Positions 19,315 to 28,148 are shown, counted from the first letter of the stretch. The stretch: DNA of 41,211 nucleotides from Candidatus Micrarchaeota archaeon (GCA_018304385.1 JAGVWJ010000013.1:1-41211); one strand, 5' to 3'. Notes: generated by a model from the sequence alone, not told the origin. A program made the numbers and translations.

Positions 19315-20145
19315 ATGGCAGAGAGTTCAATATCAACTTATGCGTATATTTCATTTGGTTTAGGAGTTCTTGGGTTTATACTTACTATTAGTGGAAATGT
19401 ATTTAGTTTGATTGGTGGAATTCTTACTGGTATTGGCTCTGTTTTCGGTATTTTATTTATTAAGTATGATTATATCATGGTTCCACTGGTAACACAGAAA
19501 ACAAGAACAATAACATTAGCAGGATTCGGAGGTTATGAACTCCCTCCAGCGCAGGATGTTATTGTAAAACAGGTTGGTAATAATTATTATGCATCATCAT
19601 TTATGAGTATAGAGATTTTCAAATCTCCGACAGAAGAACCTCGTGAAGAAACAATGAAATACAATGAATTTTTCGAACGTGCAGTATCCAGTCTGAGGCA
19701 CGTAACAAAGATCGCATATCTAATACAGGTTGAAGATATCAGCAAAAAAAGACAAGAGTTAGAAGCAAAAAGGGCAGAGGCGCAGGCAAAACTAGCGCGC
19801 GAGCGTCAAAAACCAATGGATAAAGAAGGAAAGCAGAGGATGGTTGTAGATGCATATGAAAAAGAGTTTGAACTATGGGATAGACAATTGGCAAAGATTG
19901 CAAAAGGGAGAAAGCCAATGGGGATACTCGCATATGCAATGGCCACTGCTGTTGGCGTTAGTAGGGATGCAGCTATCTCAAATGTGCGTGCACATGCTGA
20001 GGAAGTAAAAATAGCAATAGCAAATTCACTAAATGTTGAAGTAAAGGTATTAAGTGGTGAAGAGCTGTTAAAATGTTTTGAATGGGAAATATTTTTCCCA
20101 ACTACTGTTCAGGATATAGAAGGAGAGGCATTAGCAAATGTTTAA
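19315..20145 (+). CDS. Membrane protein with two N-terminal TM helices and coiled coil (paralog 1)
   Basis: Gly-rich hydrophobic N-terminus. Shares PPAQDVIVK, YNEFFERAVS and NSLNVEVK..LKCFEWE motifs with the next gene. Confidence 0.85.
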   Translation: MAESSISTYAYISFGLGVLGFILTISGNVFSLIGGILTGIGSVFGILFIKYDYIMVPLVTQKTRTITLAGFGGYELPPAQDVIVKQVGNNYYASSFMSIEIFKSPTEEPREETMKYNEFFERAVSSLRHVTKIAYLIQVEDISKKRQELEAKRAEAQAKLARERQKPMDKEGKQRMVVDAYEKEFELWDRQLAKIAKGRKPMGILAYAMATAVGVSRDAAISNVRAHAEEVKIAIANSLNVEVKVLSGEELLKCFEWEIFFPTTVQDIEGEALANV

Positions 20146-20154
20146 GGTGTAAAT

Positions 20155-20943
20155 ATGCCAACACAAAAGAAAATGTTATCATATGCTTCTGTCGGCATAG
20201 GTGGCCTTGGCATAGTCTTGGCACTATCTGGGGGTCCGCTTGGCGTGTTTGGTGCTGTATTCTCTTTGGTTGGTACATTAATTGCTGCAGGTCTTCTTAG
20301 CTATGGGTTTATAACAAAAATGTTTAACATAAATATTGTAAGCAGCACCGAAGATTATGAGATACCACCCGCCCAGGATGTAATTGTAAAACACGTTGGT
20401 AGTATTTATTATGCTACTTCATTTTTGAATATCGAGATATATGAATCACCTACTTCTCAGATAGATGAAGGAACATATTACAATGAATTTTTCGAACGTG
20501 CAGTATCAAATCTAAGATATGTAAGTAAAATCGCATATATCATGTACGTAGAGGACATAAGCAAAAAAAGGCAGGACATAGATACAAAAAGAGCAGAACT
20601 GCAATTAAAACTACAGAGAGAGCGTGATAAGGGTGATCCTGATCCACTGAGAATGGATAAGCTTCAAGCTGAACTAAAAGAATTTGATTATCAGCTAGAA
20701 AAATTAATAAAGGGTATAAAACCAATGGGAGTACTTGCATATGCAATGACAACTGCAGCTGGTATTAGCAAGGATGCAGCGATGACAGCAGCTCGTGCCC
20801 AGGCTGAGCAGGTTCGAACAGCAGTATCTAACTCACTAAATGTTGAGGTTAAAAAACTAAGTGGAGATGAGATGCTAAAATGTTTTGAATGGGAAAGGTT
20901 TTTCCCAACTAGTATTCAAGAAATAGAAGATGCGGTAGGATGA
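20155..20943 (+). CDS. Membrane protein with two N-terminal TM helices and coiled coil (paralog 2)
   Basis: Colinear with 19315..20145. A 29-nt DNA patch is identical (19660-19688 = 20479-20507). Confidence 0.85.
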   Translation: MPTQKKMLSYASVGIGGLGIVLALSGGPLGVFGAVFSLVGTLIAAGLLSYGFITKMFNINIVSSTEDYEIPPAQDVIVKHVGSIYYATSFLNIEIYESPTSQIDEGTYYNEFFERAVSNLRYVSKIAYIMYVEDISKKRQDIDTKRAELQLKLQRERDKGDPDPLRMDKLQAELKEFDYQLEKLIKGIKPMGVLAYAMTTAAGISKDAAMTAARAQAEQVRTAVSNSLNVEVKKLSGDEMLKCFEWERFFPTSIQEIEDAVG

Positions 20944-20951
20944 TGCAGTGA

Positions 20952-20985
20952 GTGCCAGGGGGCTCCGCCCCCTAGCGTAACCCCC
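20952..20985. repeat. GC-rich hairpin repeat family member (5-G/5-C variant)
   Basis: gtgccagggggctccgccccctagcgtaaccccc differs from the 33379 and 39945 copies by one extra G, one extra C (stem preserved) and one substitution. Confidence 0.88.
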
Positions 20986-21025
20986 AGTTTCGGTTTCCAG
21001 TTTTGTTGGAAACCAAATTCATAAG

Positions 21026-21182
21026 TAAGGTCTCAAACTGCCGACGCAGCCTAAGTCGAACGAAGCGAGGTGTCGCAGCAGCGACGGAGTCTCGCTTCCA
21101 GAGCAAGAAGACTGCGTCTTTATAGAAACTATATGTATTACGACGGATTCATGAGAATGAAAAAATAGGAGAATGACATAGC
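21026..21182 (+). promoter_or_regulatory. Conserved structured leader, copy A (upstream of ATPase)
   Basis: Stem gacgcag 21043-21049 pairs with ctgcgtc 21112-21118. It ends ggagaatgacatagc-ATG and is homologous to the spacers at 22746-22904 and 24492-24706. Confidence 0.7.
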
Positions 21183-22745
21183 ATGCAATTCGGTAAATTG
21201 AAATTGGCAAAAATATCAAACAAAGAACTTGCAAGAAGGAACATATTAGTTAGACCGCCAGAACCACCGCTCGGTATTTTGATGAAGGATCCAACAAATT
21301 CAATTTATATTGGAAAAACAGCAGTTTTTCAAATTCCGTTCTATTGGACCTTTGATAACGTAAAAGCGCCACACATAGTAGTTGTAGGTATGACTGGAAG
21401 CGGGAAGAGTTATTTTATAAAAACATTCTTGCTGCGCGCAGCGTTTGTATGGGGCACGAATTCTTTAATATTTGATTGGGCTGGCGAATACAAGGATTGG
21501 GCACGTGAAAAAGGTAAGGTCATTGCATTAGGTAAAGGTTCTTATATAAACCTGCTTGATCTTGGTGGCATGAAACCATACGATCGTATAGATCAGATTA
21601 TGAAAACACTTCTCCTTGTATTTGGTAATGATTTAGATCAGTTTGACGAGCGAAAAAGGTTAATTGCAGGTGCACTTGTAAAAGCATATCAGGATGCGAA
21701 GTTTAGACTTGATTCCAGTGAGCATAAAGACGAGCTTGGAAAGCCGTTAACACCACCAACGCTTAAAGATGTTGTCAGGGTGCTCGAGGATTATCAGCAA
21801 ATGGGAAATTATCCTTACCCCACGGAACTTGCAGCATCTATTGACTTGCTAAAGAAATTCACAAGAAGTGGACAGGATTATTTTGCACAGCCTAGCACTG
21901 TTAGTTTGGATGAACTAGTTACTTCTGGTATTGTAGATCTAGATCTTTCTGGTCTGCCCTCAGAAGAGCAGCGCGTTTTAGGTGCGCTAACGATATTACA
22001 GTTTGTAAAAGAAAAAATGAGGCTAATGGGTTATTCAAAACAACGCGGGTTAAAGCTGCTTGTTGTTATAGATGAGGCATGGAAGATTGCTGGTGACGAT
22101 AACAGCGACGTCGTTTTAATAGTAAGAGAAGGTAGAAAATATAATTTTGGTGTGATAGTAGCAAGCCAGAGTCCAACAGATATTAGTCCAAACATATTCA
22201 GCAATGCAGGAACAATATTTATTCTTAATATATTCAAACCAGATGCCCTTAATTATTTGCAGGATGCATTGCAATTTAGTAATTACATAAGAGACCAGAT
22301 AATACAGTTTCCGCAAGGTCGCGCAGCAGTTAAAATGTTTTTACAGGAACAAACATCTAAATTCTCGGGTAAGATGTTTGTAGTTGATAAAATTGAAGGT
22401 GAAGAGGCCAGCAAGCAATACTTCCTGACATTGGACGAAGTATTAACTAAAAAGCAAAAGGCAGAAGGCATGGAGCCATTTACTGCACTTTCAACAGATG
22501 ACCTAAAAAGAAGGCTTGTGCAATTTGGTGTTAGTAATGATAGGGTGGATGCTATTCTTAAAAAATTCGAAAAGCAGCCAGGAAGAAGGCTCGATATAAT
22601 ATCCTATGTTATAATGCTTGAACAATTTGAATTAGATAGAAGAAGCATAACAGAGTTCTTAAAAGATGTAGGCATAGATGACATAACTATAATAAATATA
22701 TTTGGTAAAGTAGATTTAAAGAAAGCAGAATTGAAAGCAGCGTGA
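21183..22745 (+). CDS. P-loop ATPase of the VirB4/HerA/FtsK (DUF87-like) group with extra C-terminal helical domain
   Basis: Walker A GMTGSGKS, Walker B LLVVIDEAW, and REGRKYNFGVIVASQSPTD typical of HerA/VirB4. Confidence 0.88.
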   Translation: MQFGKLKLAKISNKELARRNILVRPPEPPLGILMKDPTNSIYIGKTAVFQIPFYWTFDNVKAPHIVVVGMTGSGKSYFIKTFLLRAAFVWGTNSLIFDWAGEYKDWAREKGKVIALGKGSYINLLDLGGMKPYDRIDQIMKTLLLVFGNDLDQFDERKRLIAGALVKAYQDAKFRLDSSEHKDELGKPLTPPTLKDVVRVLEDYQQMGNYPYPTELAASIDLLKKFTRSGQDYFAQPSTVSLDELVTSGIVDLDLSGLPSEEQRVLGALTILQFVKEKMRLMGYSKQRGLKLLVVIDEAWKIAGDDNSDVVLIVREGRKYNFGVIVASQSPTDISPNIFSNAGTIFILNIFKPDALNYLQDALQFSNYIRDQIIQFPQGRAAVKMFLQEQTSKFSGKMFVVDKIEGEEASKQYFLTLDEVLTKKQKAEGMEPFTALSTDDLKRRLVQFGVSNDRVDAILKKFEKQPGRRLDIISYVIMLEQFELDRRSITEFLKDVGIDDITIINIFGKVDLKKAELKAA

Positions 22746-22904
22746 CTACTGCAGTGGGCATTGAGCCAATTGATGGCTTCATTTATATGTGTGAGACACC
22801 AAATTGCCGACGTGGCATAAAGAATATATAAGACCACGTCTATATAGAGAACATAAGTAGTACGACGAATATGTAATAATGAGAAAATTGGAGAGAAACA
22901 TAGC
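22746..22904 (+). promoter_or_regulatory. Conserved structured leader, copy B
   Basis: Stem gacgtgg 22809-22815 pairs with ccacgtc 22834-22840. It ends ggagagaaacatagc-ATG. Confidence 0.7.
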
Positions 22905-23207
22905 ATGGTAAAAAGCATTGTTTTTTTAAAAGAAGAATTACGTCGAAAGATGAGACAATACGGTCTTTCAGAAGAAAAAATAGAAGACGTAAGCAGAACA
23001 TTTGAAAAAAATAATCATCATATTGATACAATTTCGTTCGTTATTCTATTAGAGCGTTTTGGTCTGGATAGAAGAAGCATAACAGAGTTCTTAAAAGATG
23101 TAGGCATAGATGACATAACTATAATAAATATATTTGGTAAGGTAGATTTAAAGAAAACCGAGATGAGTGGTTCTCGAGAGATATCTAATATAATACTGGA
23201 AGAATGA
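22905..23207 (+). CDS. Stand-alone paralog of the ATPase C-terminal domain (100 aa)
   Basis: Aligns to the last ~85 aa of the ATPase. DRRSITEFLKDVGIDDITIINIFGKVDLKK is identical in both. Confidence 0.82.
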   Translation: MVKSIVFLKEELRRKMRQYGLSEEKIEDVSRTFEKNNHHIDTISFVILLERFGLDRRSITEFLKDVGIDDITIINIFGKVDLKKTEMSGSREISNIILEE

Positions 23208-23216
23208 GGCGGTAAA

Positions 23217-23717
23217 ATGGCGATAAATGAAATTAAAAAAACACCAAGTGGTTCAAAGATATGCGTAATATGCCATAAGGAAGTTACTGGCAACGCGCTA
23301 AAGGTAAAAGATGATTTTATTATAAATTCAATAAGGGGGGTTAAAAGATTATTTAGAATTGCCCAGAATAATAAGCTCTTTGTTTGTGATAAAGATATAA
23401 ATGTGCATAAAGAAAAGAGAAAAAAATTTGAAAAGGAACTTCTTATCATCAGTGCAATTGTAGTTATAATAATTTTATTATTAAATGGTTTGCCTTTGCT
23501 GTCAGGGAGATTCCAGTTTAGTATGTTACTATCATCGCTTTTTATAGCAATACTTATTATTTTATTTGCCATTGTTTTTAAGTATGCGCCTGCCGTAGAA
23601 GAAACAAAAGATTTAATTTCTTCAAGAGTAAATACTTCAAAAGTGATAGGAGGCCTCAAGGGGCAGGGAGAAAAACATAAGCGCCCCCTGCAAAAAATAA
23701 AAAAGGGAGGGAGTTAG
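23217..23717 (+). CDS. Membrane protein with N-terminal Cys motif (CxxC...C) and two TM helices
   Basis: CVICHK and FVCDKD motifs, two hydrophobic helices, Shine-Dalgarno-like gaggcggt upstream. Confidence 0.8.
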   Translation: MAINEIKKTPSGSKICVICHKEVTGNALKVKDDFIINSIRGVKRLFRIAQNNKLFVCDKDINVHKEKRKKFEKELLIISAIVVIIILLLNGLPLLSGRFQFSMLLSSLFIAILIILFAIVFKYAPAVEETKDLISSRVNTSKVIGGLKGQGEKHKRPLQKIKKGGS

Positions 23718-24491
23718 ATGCCTAATACACCAACACCACCTTCGGTTGCTAAACAGCCACCGGCTCTGCTAAACGCCGAGGTTAATGTGCCTAGGGTAGA
23801 TGGTTTTAAAGTAAAAGGTTCTGTAAGAACAAGCTTAAAGGAAATAGCTGATTCTTTAAGATCATTATCATTTTTACAGGTCGCACAAGAAAGAGATGCC
23901 GTTAATGCGGTTTATGTTGAATCAAGGGATATTAGAAAGGCGCCATATCTTTTTTCTATAATAAAGATTCAAAGCGATGAAATGGAGGTAGTTTATTCAA
24001 TACCTAAAGAAATCGCACCAAAGAAGCGGAAAATGGACATTGTTCGTTATGTTTTAAACATACTAAGTCTGATAGAGCAATCGTATAAGATTGATAATAA
24101 AGTTTTATACCAGCTTATTGAGAATGCACTAAAAGAAATTACAGAGACAATGAGTTTAGAATATTCTAGGCTATATACCGAGTTTGACGGTATTAAAAAA
24201 GATATGGATGATCTAAAAAGAAAGGTATCTAGATTAACAGAAGAAAATCAAGTGTTACTGACTAAAAATTATGAAATAAAAGGCAAGAGTGATGAGTTGC
24301 TTTTAAGATTAAAAACATTGGAAAATATATCAGATGAGGCATTAAAGGTGAAGTTGCAGACATGGATCTCTGAGCATAATGGGGAGATCAATATGGCAGA
24401 ATTCTCTAAGATCCATAATGTAGTTGAGACAAAGGTGGAGGAAATATTGAATAGGCTTGTTAGCGAGGGCTATTTAACGAGTATACGATAG
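23718..24491 (+). CDS. Hypothetical protein with coiled coil and C-terminal winged helix
   Basis: Heptad region around residues 135-205. The C-terminus GEINMAEFSKIHNV...VEEILNRLVSEGYL is wHTH-like. It starts immediately after the previous stop. Confidence 0.78.
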   Translation: MPNTPTPPSVAKQPPALLNAEVNVPRVDGFKVKGSVRTSLKEIADSLRSLSFLQVAQERDAVNAVYVESRDIRKAPYLFSIIKIQSDEMEVVYSIPKEIAPKKRKMDIVRYVLNILSLIEQSYKIDNKVLYQLIENALKEITETMSLEYSRLYTEFDGIKKDMDDLKRKVSRLTEENQVLLTKNYEIKGKSDELLLRLKTLENISDEALKVKLQTWISEHNGEINMAEFSKIHNVVETKVEEILNRLVSEGYLTSIR

Positions 24492-24706
24492 ATTGGCTTT
24501 GGGCCTTGAGCAGTGAGCCAACTTATGCTTCATTTCCATAAGGTTTCATAGAACGGCTGACGGAGCCCAGGTTTATATAAGACGACGTCCCTATAAGAAC
24601 CATAAAGAAACCGACGGCTTCGTCATAATGAGACAAGCTTGTCACAAAGTGACAAGATGCCTATTGTTGCATCGCAACAATCAGGAAATAGGGGGAAAAC
24701 ATAGCC
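24492..24706 (+). promoter_or_regulatory. Conserved structured leader, copy C
   Basis: Shares tgagccaa..atg.cttcattt, taaggt.tca, gc.gacg, tatataagac.acgtc, cgacg and ataatgaga motifs with copies A/B. It ends gggggaaaacatagcc-ATG. Confidence 0.65.
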
Positions 24707-27232
24707 ATGGAAAGAAAAATAATAATTACAAAAAGGATATACAAATTTGAGACGAAAAAGAAGTACCAATATATTAAACAATATAAAATAAAAGAAAAGA
24801 CAGCAACAGAGAAACTAAAAGATGCTATAGGAGCTATTTTTAGATCAAAACCAAAAGAGGAAAAAAAGACAACTGAACAAAAGCCATCTCGTTTTAATAC
24901 GAAAGTAGCTATTGGGGCTATACTAATTGCATTATTATTGTTATTTGCAGGTTGGGCGTACATCCAAGGTCAATTAGTAAAGGTTGATGAGCTACCAAGG
25001 GCACCGGAAAAACCAAGTTTTGATTTAGAAATAAAGGATAAGGGAATAATAACTGCAGGTGATCGAAGAACTGATAATAGTGTTGCATATTTGAGAACTA
25101 AAATGTCTTTGCATGGCATTGAAAAATACGATTTAAAAATGACCACATATGAAGATGTGTTGCCAAGTGAGGTATATATATTACTAAGCGAAAGACATCA
25201 AGCAGAAAACTATGATGAGTTTTTATCTTCTTTGAAGAAGGAATTAAGCATATATAAGATTGCTGTTAATGAGATTGATTTTGAAAAACTTGAGACATTG
25301 CATGGTGGTTCTCTAGTAATTGTGCCGAGTGGGCTTATACCAGAGGAGTTATTAGGCATAAACAGTAAGGTTGATCTTAACAAGTTAGTTTCCAGAGGCG
25401 TTGTAATTGTATATATAGGTCAGAAATTTGATAAGATGATTACCAAAACTGGCTCAACACCGCCAGTTCCAGCTGGTTTTACTGGCGGCCTGTCAATAAA
25501 TTTTAATGAACCCAGCATTACCAGCACTGATGGTTTTAATCTTTATCAGGCGCTTTATAGAGCAACTGGTAATGGTGAGAATTCTCTTATGTATGGATCG
25601 GTTAGTGCTATTAAAAAAGGTAATGGTGCTCTATTATTGTTGCCTCAAACTATTGATGGAGGTTGGGTTGATGAGCAGATACAGCCAGCCCCAGAAAAGG
25701 CAGGAAAAGACATTGCCAGGATTATACTTGAAACAAGATGGTCACCCCCTAAAGGTGGTCCAAAAATTTATTCTGCTAATGTTACAAATCAAACGACAAT
25801 TGACTTTTTTACGAATACATTTACTAAAGATGTACATACTATAAAGTTAGAGTTCACTGCTTATGCTAAGAACAATATAAACATCTCCCAGATATTAAAT
25901 ATCCAAATAAAAAAGAAAACAAAAGGCGCTGTTTATATTGAGGGAGGGGCAGTTGTAACTCCAAGAGAGGTTACTGGTGAGTTTACAAGACTAACCGCAG
26001 TGCTTCAAGAGGATAGCACAGAGAAAAAACAGCTTTTTATTAAGATCACTAAAAATGGGGAAGAGGCAACAGAATTGCAAAGTCTTGGTCTCTTGAACCT
26101 ACAGATAGATCATCCTACAAGCAGTTCGATAGACCTAGATAGCGGAGAGTACATCATATCAATAGTAGATGATGAAGGCATGGTTTATGCAGAAGGTTAT
26201 CTTAATGTTGCTTTCATAGATATAAGACATAGGCCAGATTTAGGTCTTTATTCGTTTGGAATAGAACGGGAAGGAAAACCAAAAGCAATGAAAAGAGTTA
26301 ATGTGACGGTAGATAACAAATATGGTCCTTACTCATTTGAGAATGTGGATATTCTCTCTGTTGATCCAACAAAAGATGCAGGTGGGTTGTTACCTGCAGG
26401 TGATCATACATTTATATTCAGGATAGGAAAAATAAAGATAGATCGAACAGTAACAATTCCAAAGCAGACTAATATATTTACTGATCCATTATTCCTGGGA
26501 ACGATCGCTGCTGCAGTTATCATTACTGCAGGAGGAGTTTTTCTTGCTAAACAAGAAAAGGTAACATATCAATTGGATATACCAGATTTTCCACCAATAG
26601 CAAAGGTTAATGTACCACTTACAAAAGATGTAATATTAAGCATTTTTGATCGTATAAACGAAGATTATAAATGGAAGTATAGTACCCTAACAATAGCAGA
26701 AATAAGAAATGGTTTTAAGAAGATGTTTTACCAGGGAAAGCCCATTTACGTGACAGATTATAATGTAGAGTATATACTTAATCAGTTATCAGGAAAAGGT
26801 GATGTAAAAGAATTTCTTGGTTATTATGGTCCAGCTAAATGGGAGAAAGAAACTAATAAATCTATAAGATTATTGGCATTATTCCGTAAAATCAGGGATA
26901 TTTGTGTAAGCAATGCAGTGCCCTTTACCCAATACGGTGAAAGCGAAAAATGCGATAGCGAGATAACCGCAGTTGGTCAGGATATGTTTTTGCACATATA
27001 TGATAAGGATAGAAACTTAAGCGATTTAGTAAATCGGGTTTTAGGCACAATAAAAGATGGAATGAGTATCGTTATATTCAAAAATGATTTTGCAGAGCGC
27101 GAGTTTCAAAGCTATCTTGCAAGTTCGAGCAAGGCGTTACTTACACTTAAGCTAGAGGTTGAAGGCGGAAGCGTTGCGCTGTTTACTTTGGAAGAATTTG
27201 AAAGTAAAATAAAGGAATTGAAAGGTGTTTGA
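24707..27232 (+). CDS. Large bitopic membrane protein (841 aa): basic N-terminus, TM, ~500-aa probable extracellular region, TM, cytoplasmic domain
   Basis: Hydrophobic helices at VAIGAILIALLLLFAGWAYI and LFLGTIAAAVIITAGGVFLA. No recognised family. Confidence 0.85.
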   Translation: MERKIIITKRIYKFETKKKYQYIKQYKIKEKTATEKLKDAIGAIFRSKPKEEKKTTEQKPSRFNTKVAIGAILIALLLLFAGWAYIQGQLVKVDELPRAPEKPSFDLEIKDKGIITAGDRRTDNSVAYLRTKMSLHGIEKYDLKMTTYEDVLPSEVYILLSERHQAENYDEFLSSLKKELSIYKIAVNEIDFEKLETLHGGSLVIVPSGLIPEELLGINSKVDLNKLVSRGVVIVYIGQKFDKMITKTGSTPPVPAGFTGGLSINFNEPSITSTDGFNLYQALYRATGNGENSLMYGSVSAIKKGNGALLLLPQTIDGGWVDEQIQPAPEKAGKDIARIILETRWSPPKGGPKIYSANVTNQTTIDFFTNTFTKDVHTIKLEFTAYAKNNINISQILNIQIKKKTKGAVYIEGGAVVTPREVTGEFTRLTAVLQEDSTEKKQLFIKITKNGEEATELQSLGLLNLQIDHPTSSSIDLDSGEYIISIVDDEGMVYAEGYLNVAFIDIRHRPDLGLYSFGIEREGKPKAMKRVNVTVDNKYGPYSFENVDILSVDPTKDAGGLLPAGDHTFIFRIGKIKIDRTVTIPKQTNIFTDPLFLGTIAAAVIITAGGVFLAKQEKVTYQLDIPDFPPIAKVNVPLTKDVILSIFDRINEDYKWKYSTLTIAEIRNGFKKMFYQGKPIYVTDYNVEYILNQLSGKGDVKEFLGYYGPAKWEKETNKSIRLLALFRKIRDICVSNAVPFTQYGESEKCDSEITAVGQDMFLHIYDKDRNLSDLVNRVLGTIKDGMSIVIFKNDFAEREFQSYLASSSKALLTLKLEVEGGSVALFTLEEFESKIKELKGV

Positions 27233-27474
27233 TGGTTGACAATAAAAGATTCGGAGATCCAGTAACTTCTGAACTAGATTGGAAAGATAAGAAATATGGG
27301 AAGTTTACTTATGAAGAATATAGAAAACAAGTTCAAAAATGGTGTCATGAAACTGACTGGTATTCCCAAATAATTGATGAAAATCAAGAATGGAAAAAGT
27401 TCCTCGAAGGAAAAATAGGCGGTTCTCCTCCTCCTTCTCGTGGATGGGTAGATCGCGTTTGGCGTGGGGGTTAA
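27232..27474 (+). CDS. Small Trp-rich hypothetical protein
   Basis: ATG overlaps the upstream stop (TGATG). 80 aa. Confidence 0.55.
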   Translation: MVDNKRFGDPVTSELDWKDKKYGKFTYEEYRKQVQKWCHETDWYSQIIDENQEWKKFLEGKIGGSPPPSRGWVDRVWRGG

Positions 27475-28115
27475 TCACGCTTAAATGGAAAATTCTCACT
27501 TTTTGTACATGCAATAACAGCTGCGTTTATTGCCCAGTCAACTGGCATATCTCTTTCGAATAATTCGTTTAATCTATTCATATCAATTGCACGTGGATCA
27601 CGAACTGTTATTCCATTATCATCTAGGGCTTCTAGAACTATTGAAATTTGAGGCTTGCGTGGGTCTGTTTTTCCATAATGAATGCCTGCTGCAAGTATAA
27701 ACTGGTGCAATGCTCGCAATACCCTAACCTCTTCTAGCGCCAATTCTCCGTCTAATAGTGCTAATGGAGTATATGGCGCTGAGATATATCTATCTGGTTG
27801 TGTGCTACCGATTAAGCGATGCTCTTGATATGTAAGACATGTTGTTTCTAATCGTTCTCGTACACTTAACACTCTTAAAAGATCGCATTGCAATTGAACA
27901 TGATTATCGAATTCGTCATTTGGAACAACATCTCTTTGCGCTATAAGGGTTGCTCCTAGTTTTCTATAAGTTTCAATAGCAGGTTTTCTTATATCATAGA
28001 GTTGTTCTATTAGAACTTCAGCTTCACCAAAAGATTTATGACCACCAGATCTTGTTGCGATTCTTCTTAACTCAGATACTGCAGTAGGTTTGTTTATTAC
28101 TCTTTTAGTTGCCAT
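27471..28115 (-). CDS. Hypothetical protein
   Basis: 214-aa ORF with an AT-rich TATA-like upstream region. No recognised motif. Confidence 0.65.
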   Translation of the reverse strand: MATKRVINKPTAVSELRRIATRSGGHKSFGEAEVLIEQLYDIRKPAIETYRKLGATLIAQRDVVPNDEFDNHVQLQCDLLRVLSVRERLETTCLTYQEHRLIGSTQPDRYISAPYTPLALLDGELALEEVRVLRALHQFILAAGIHYGKTDPRKPQISIVLEALDDNGITVRDPRAIDMNRLNELFERDMPVDWAINAAVIACTKSENFPFKRD

Positions 28116-28148
28116 AGATATAGTTATCTGTATAAATAGGTTTAAATA

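Noticed and set aside
23018-23659. 213-aa minus-strand ORF sharing sequence with ORF 22604..22918
   Set aside because: Antisense to real genes. The shared peptide simply reflects the 90-bp duplication.
24551-24615. Hammerhead-like ctgacgga...gaaac in leader C
   Set aside because: The CUGANGA core is not exact and is absent from copies A and B.
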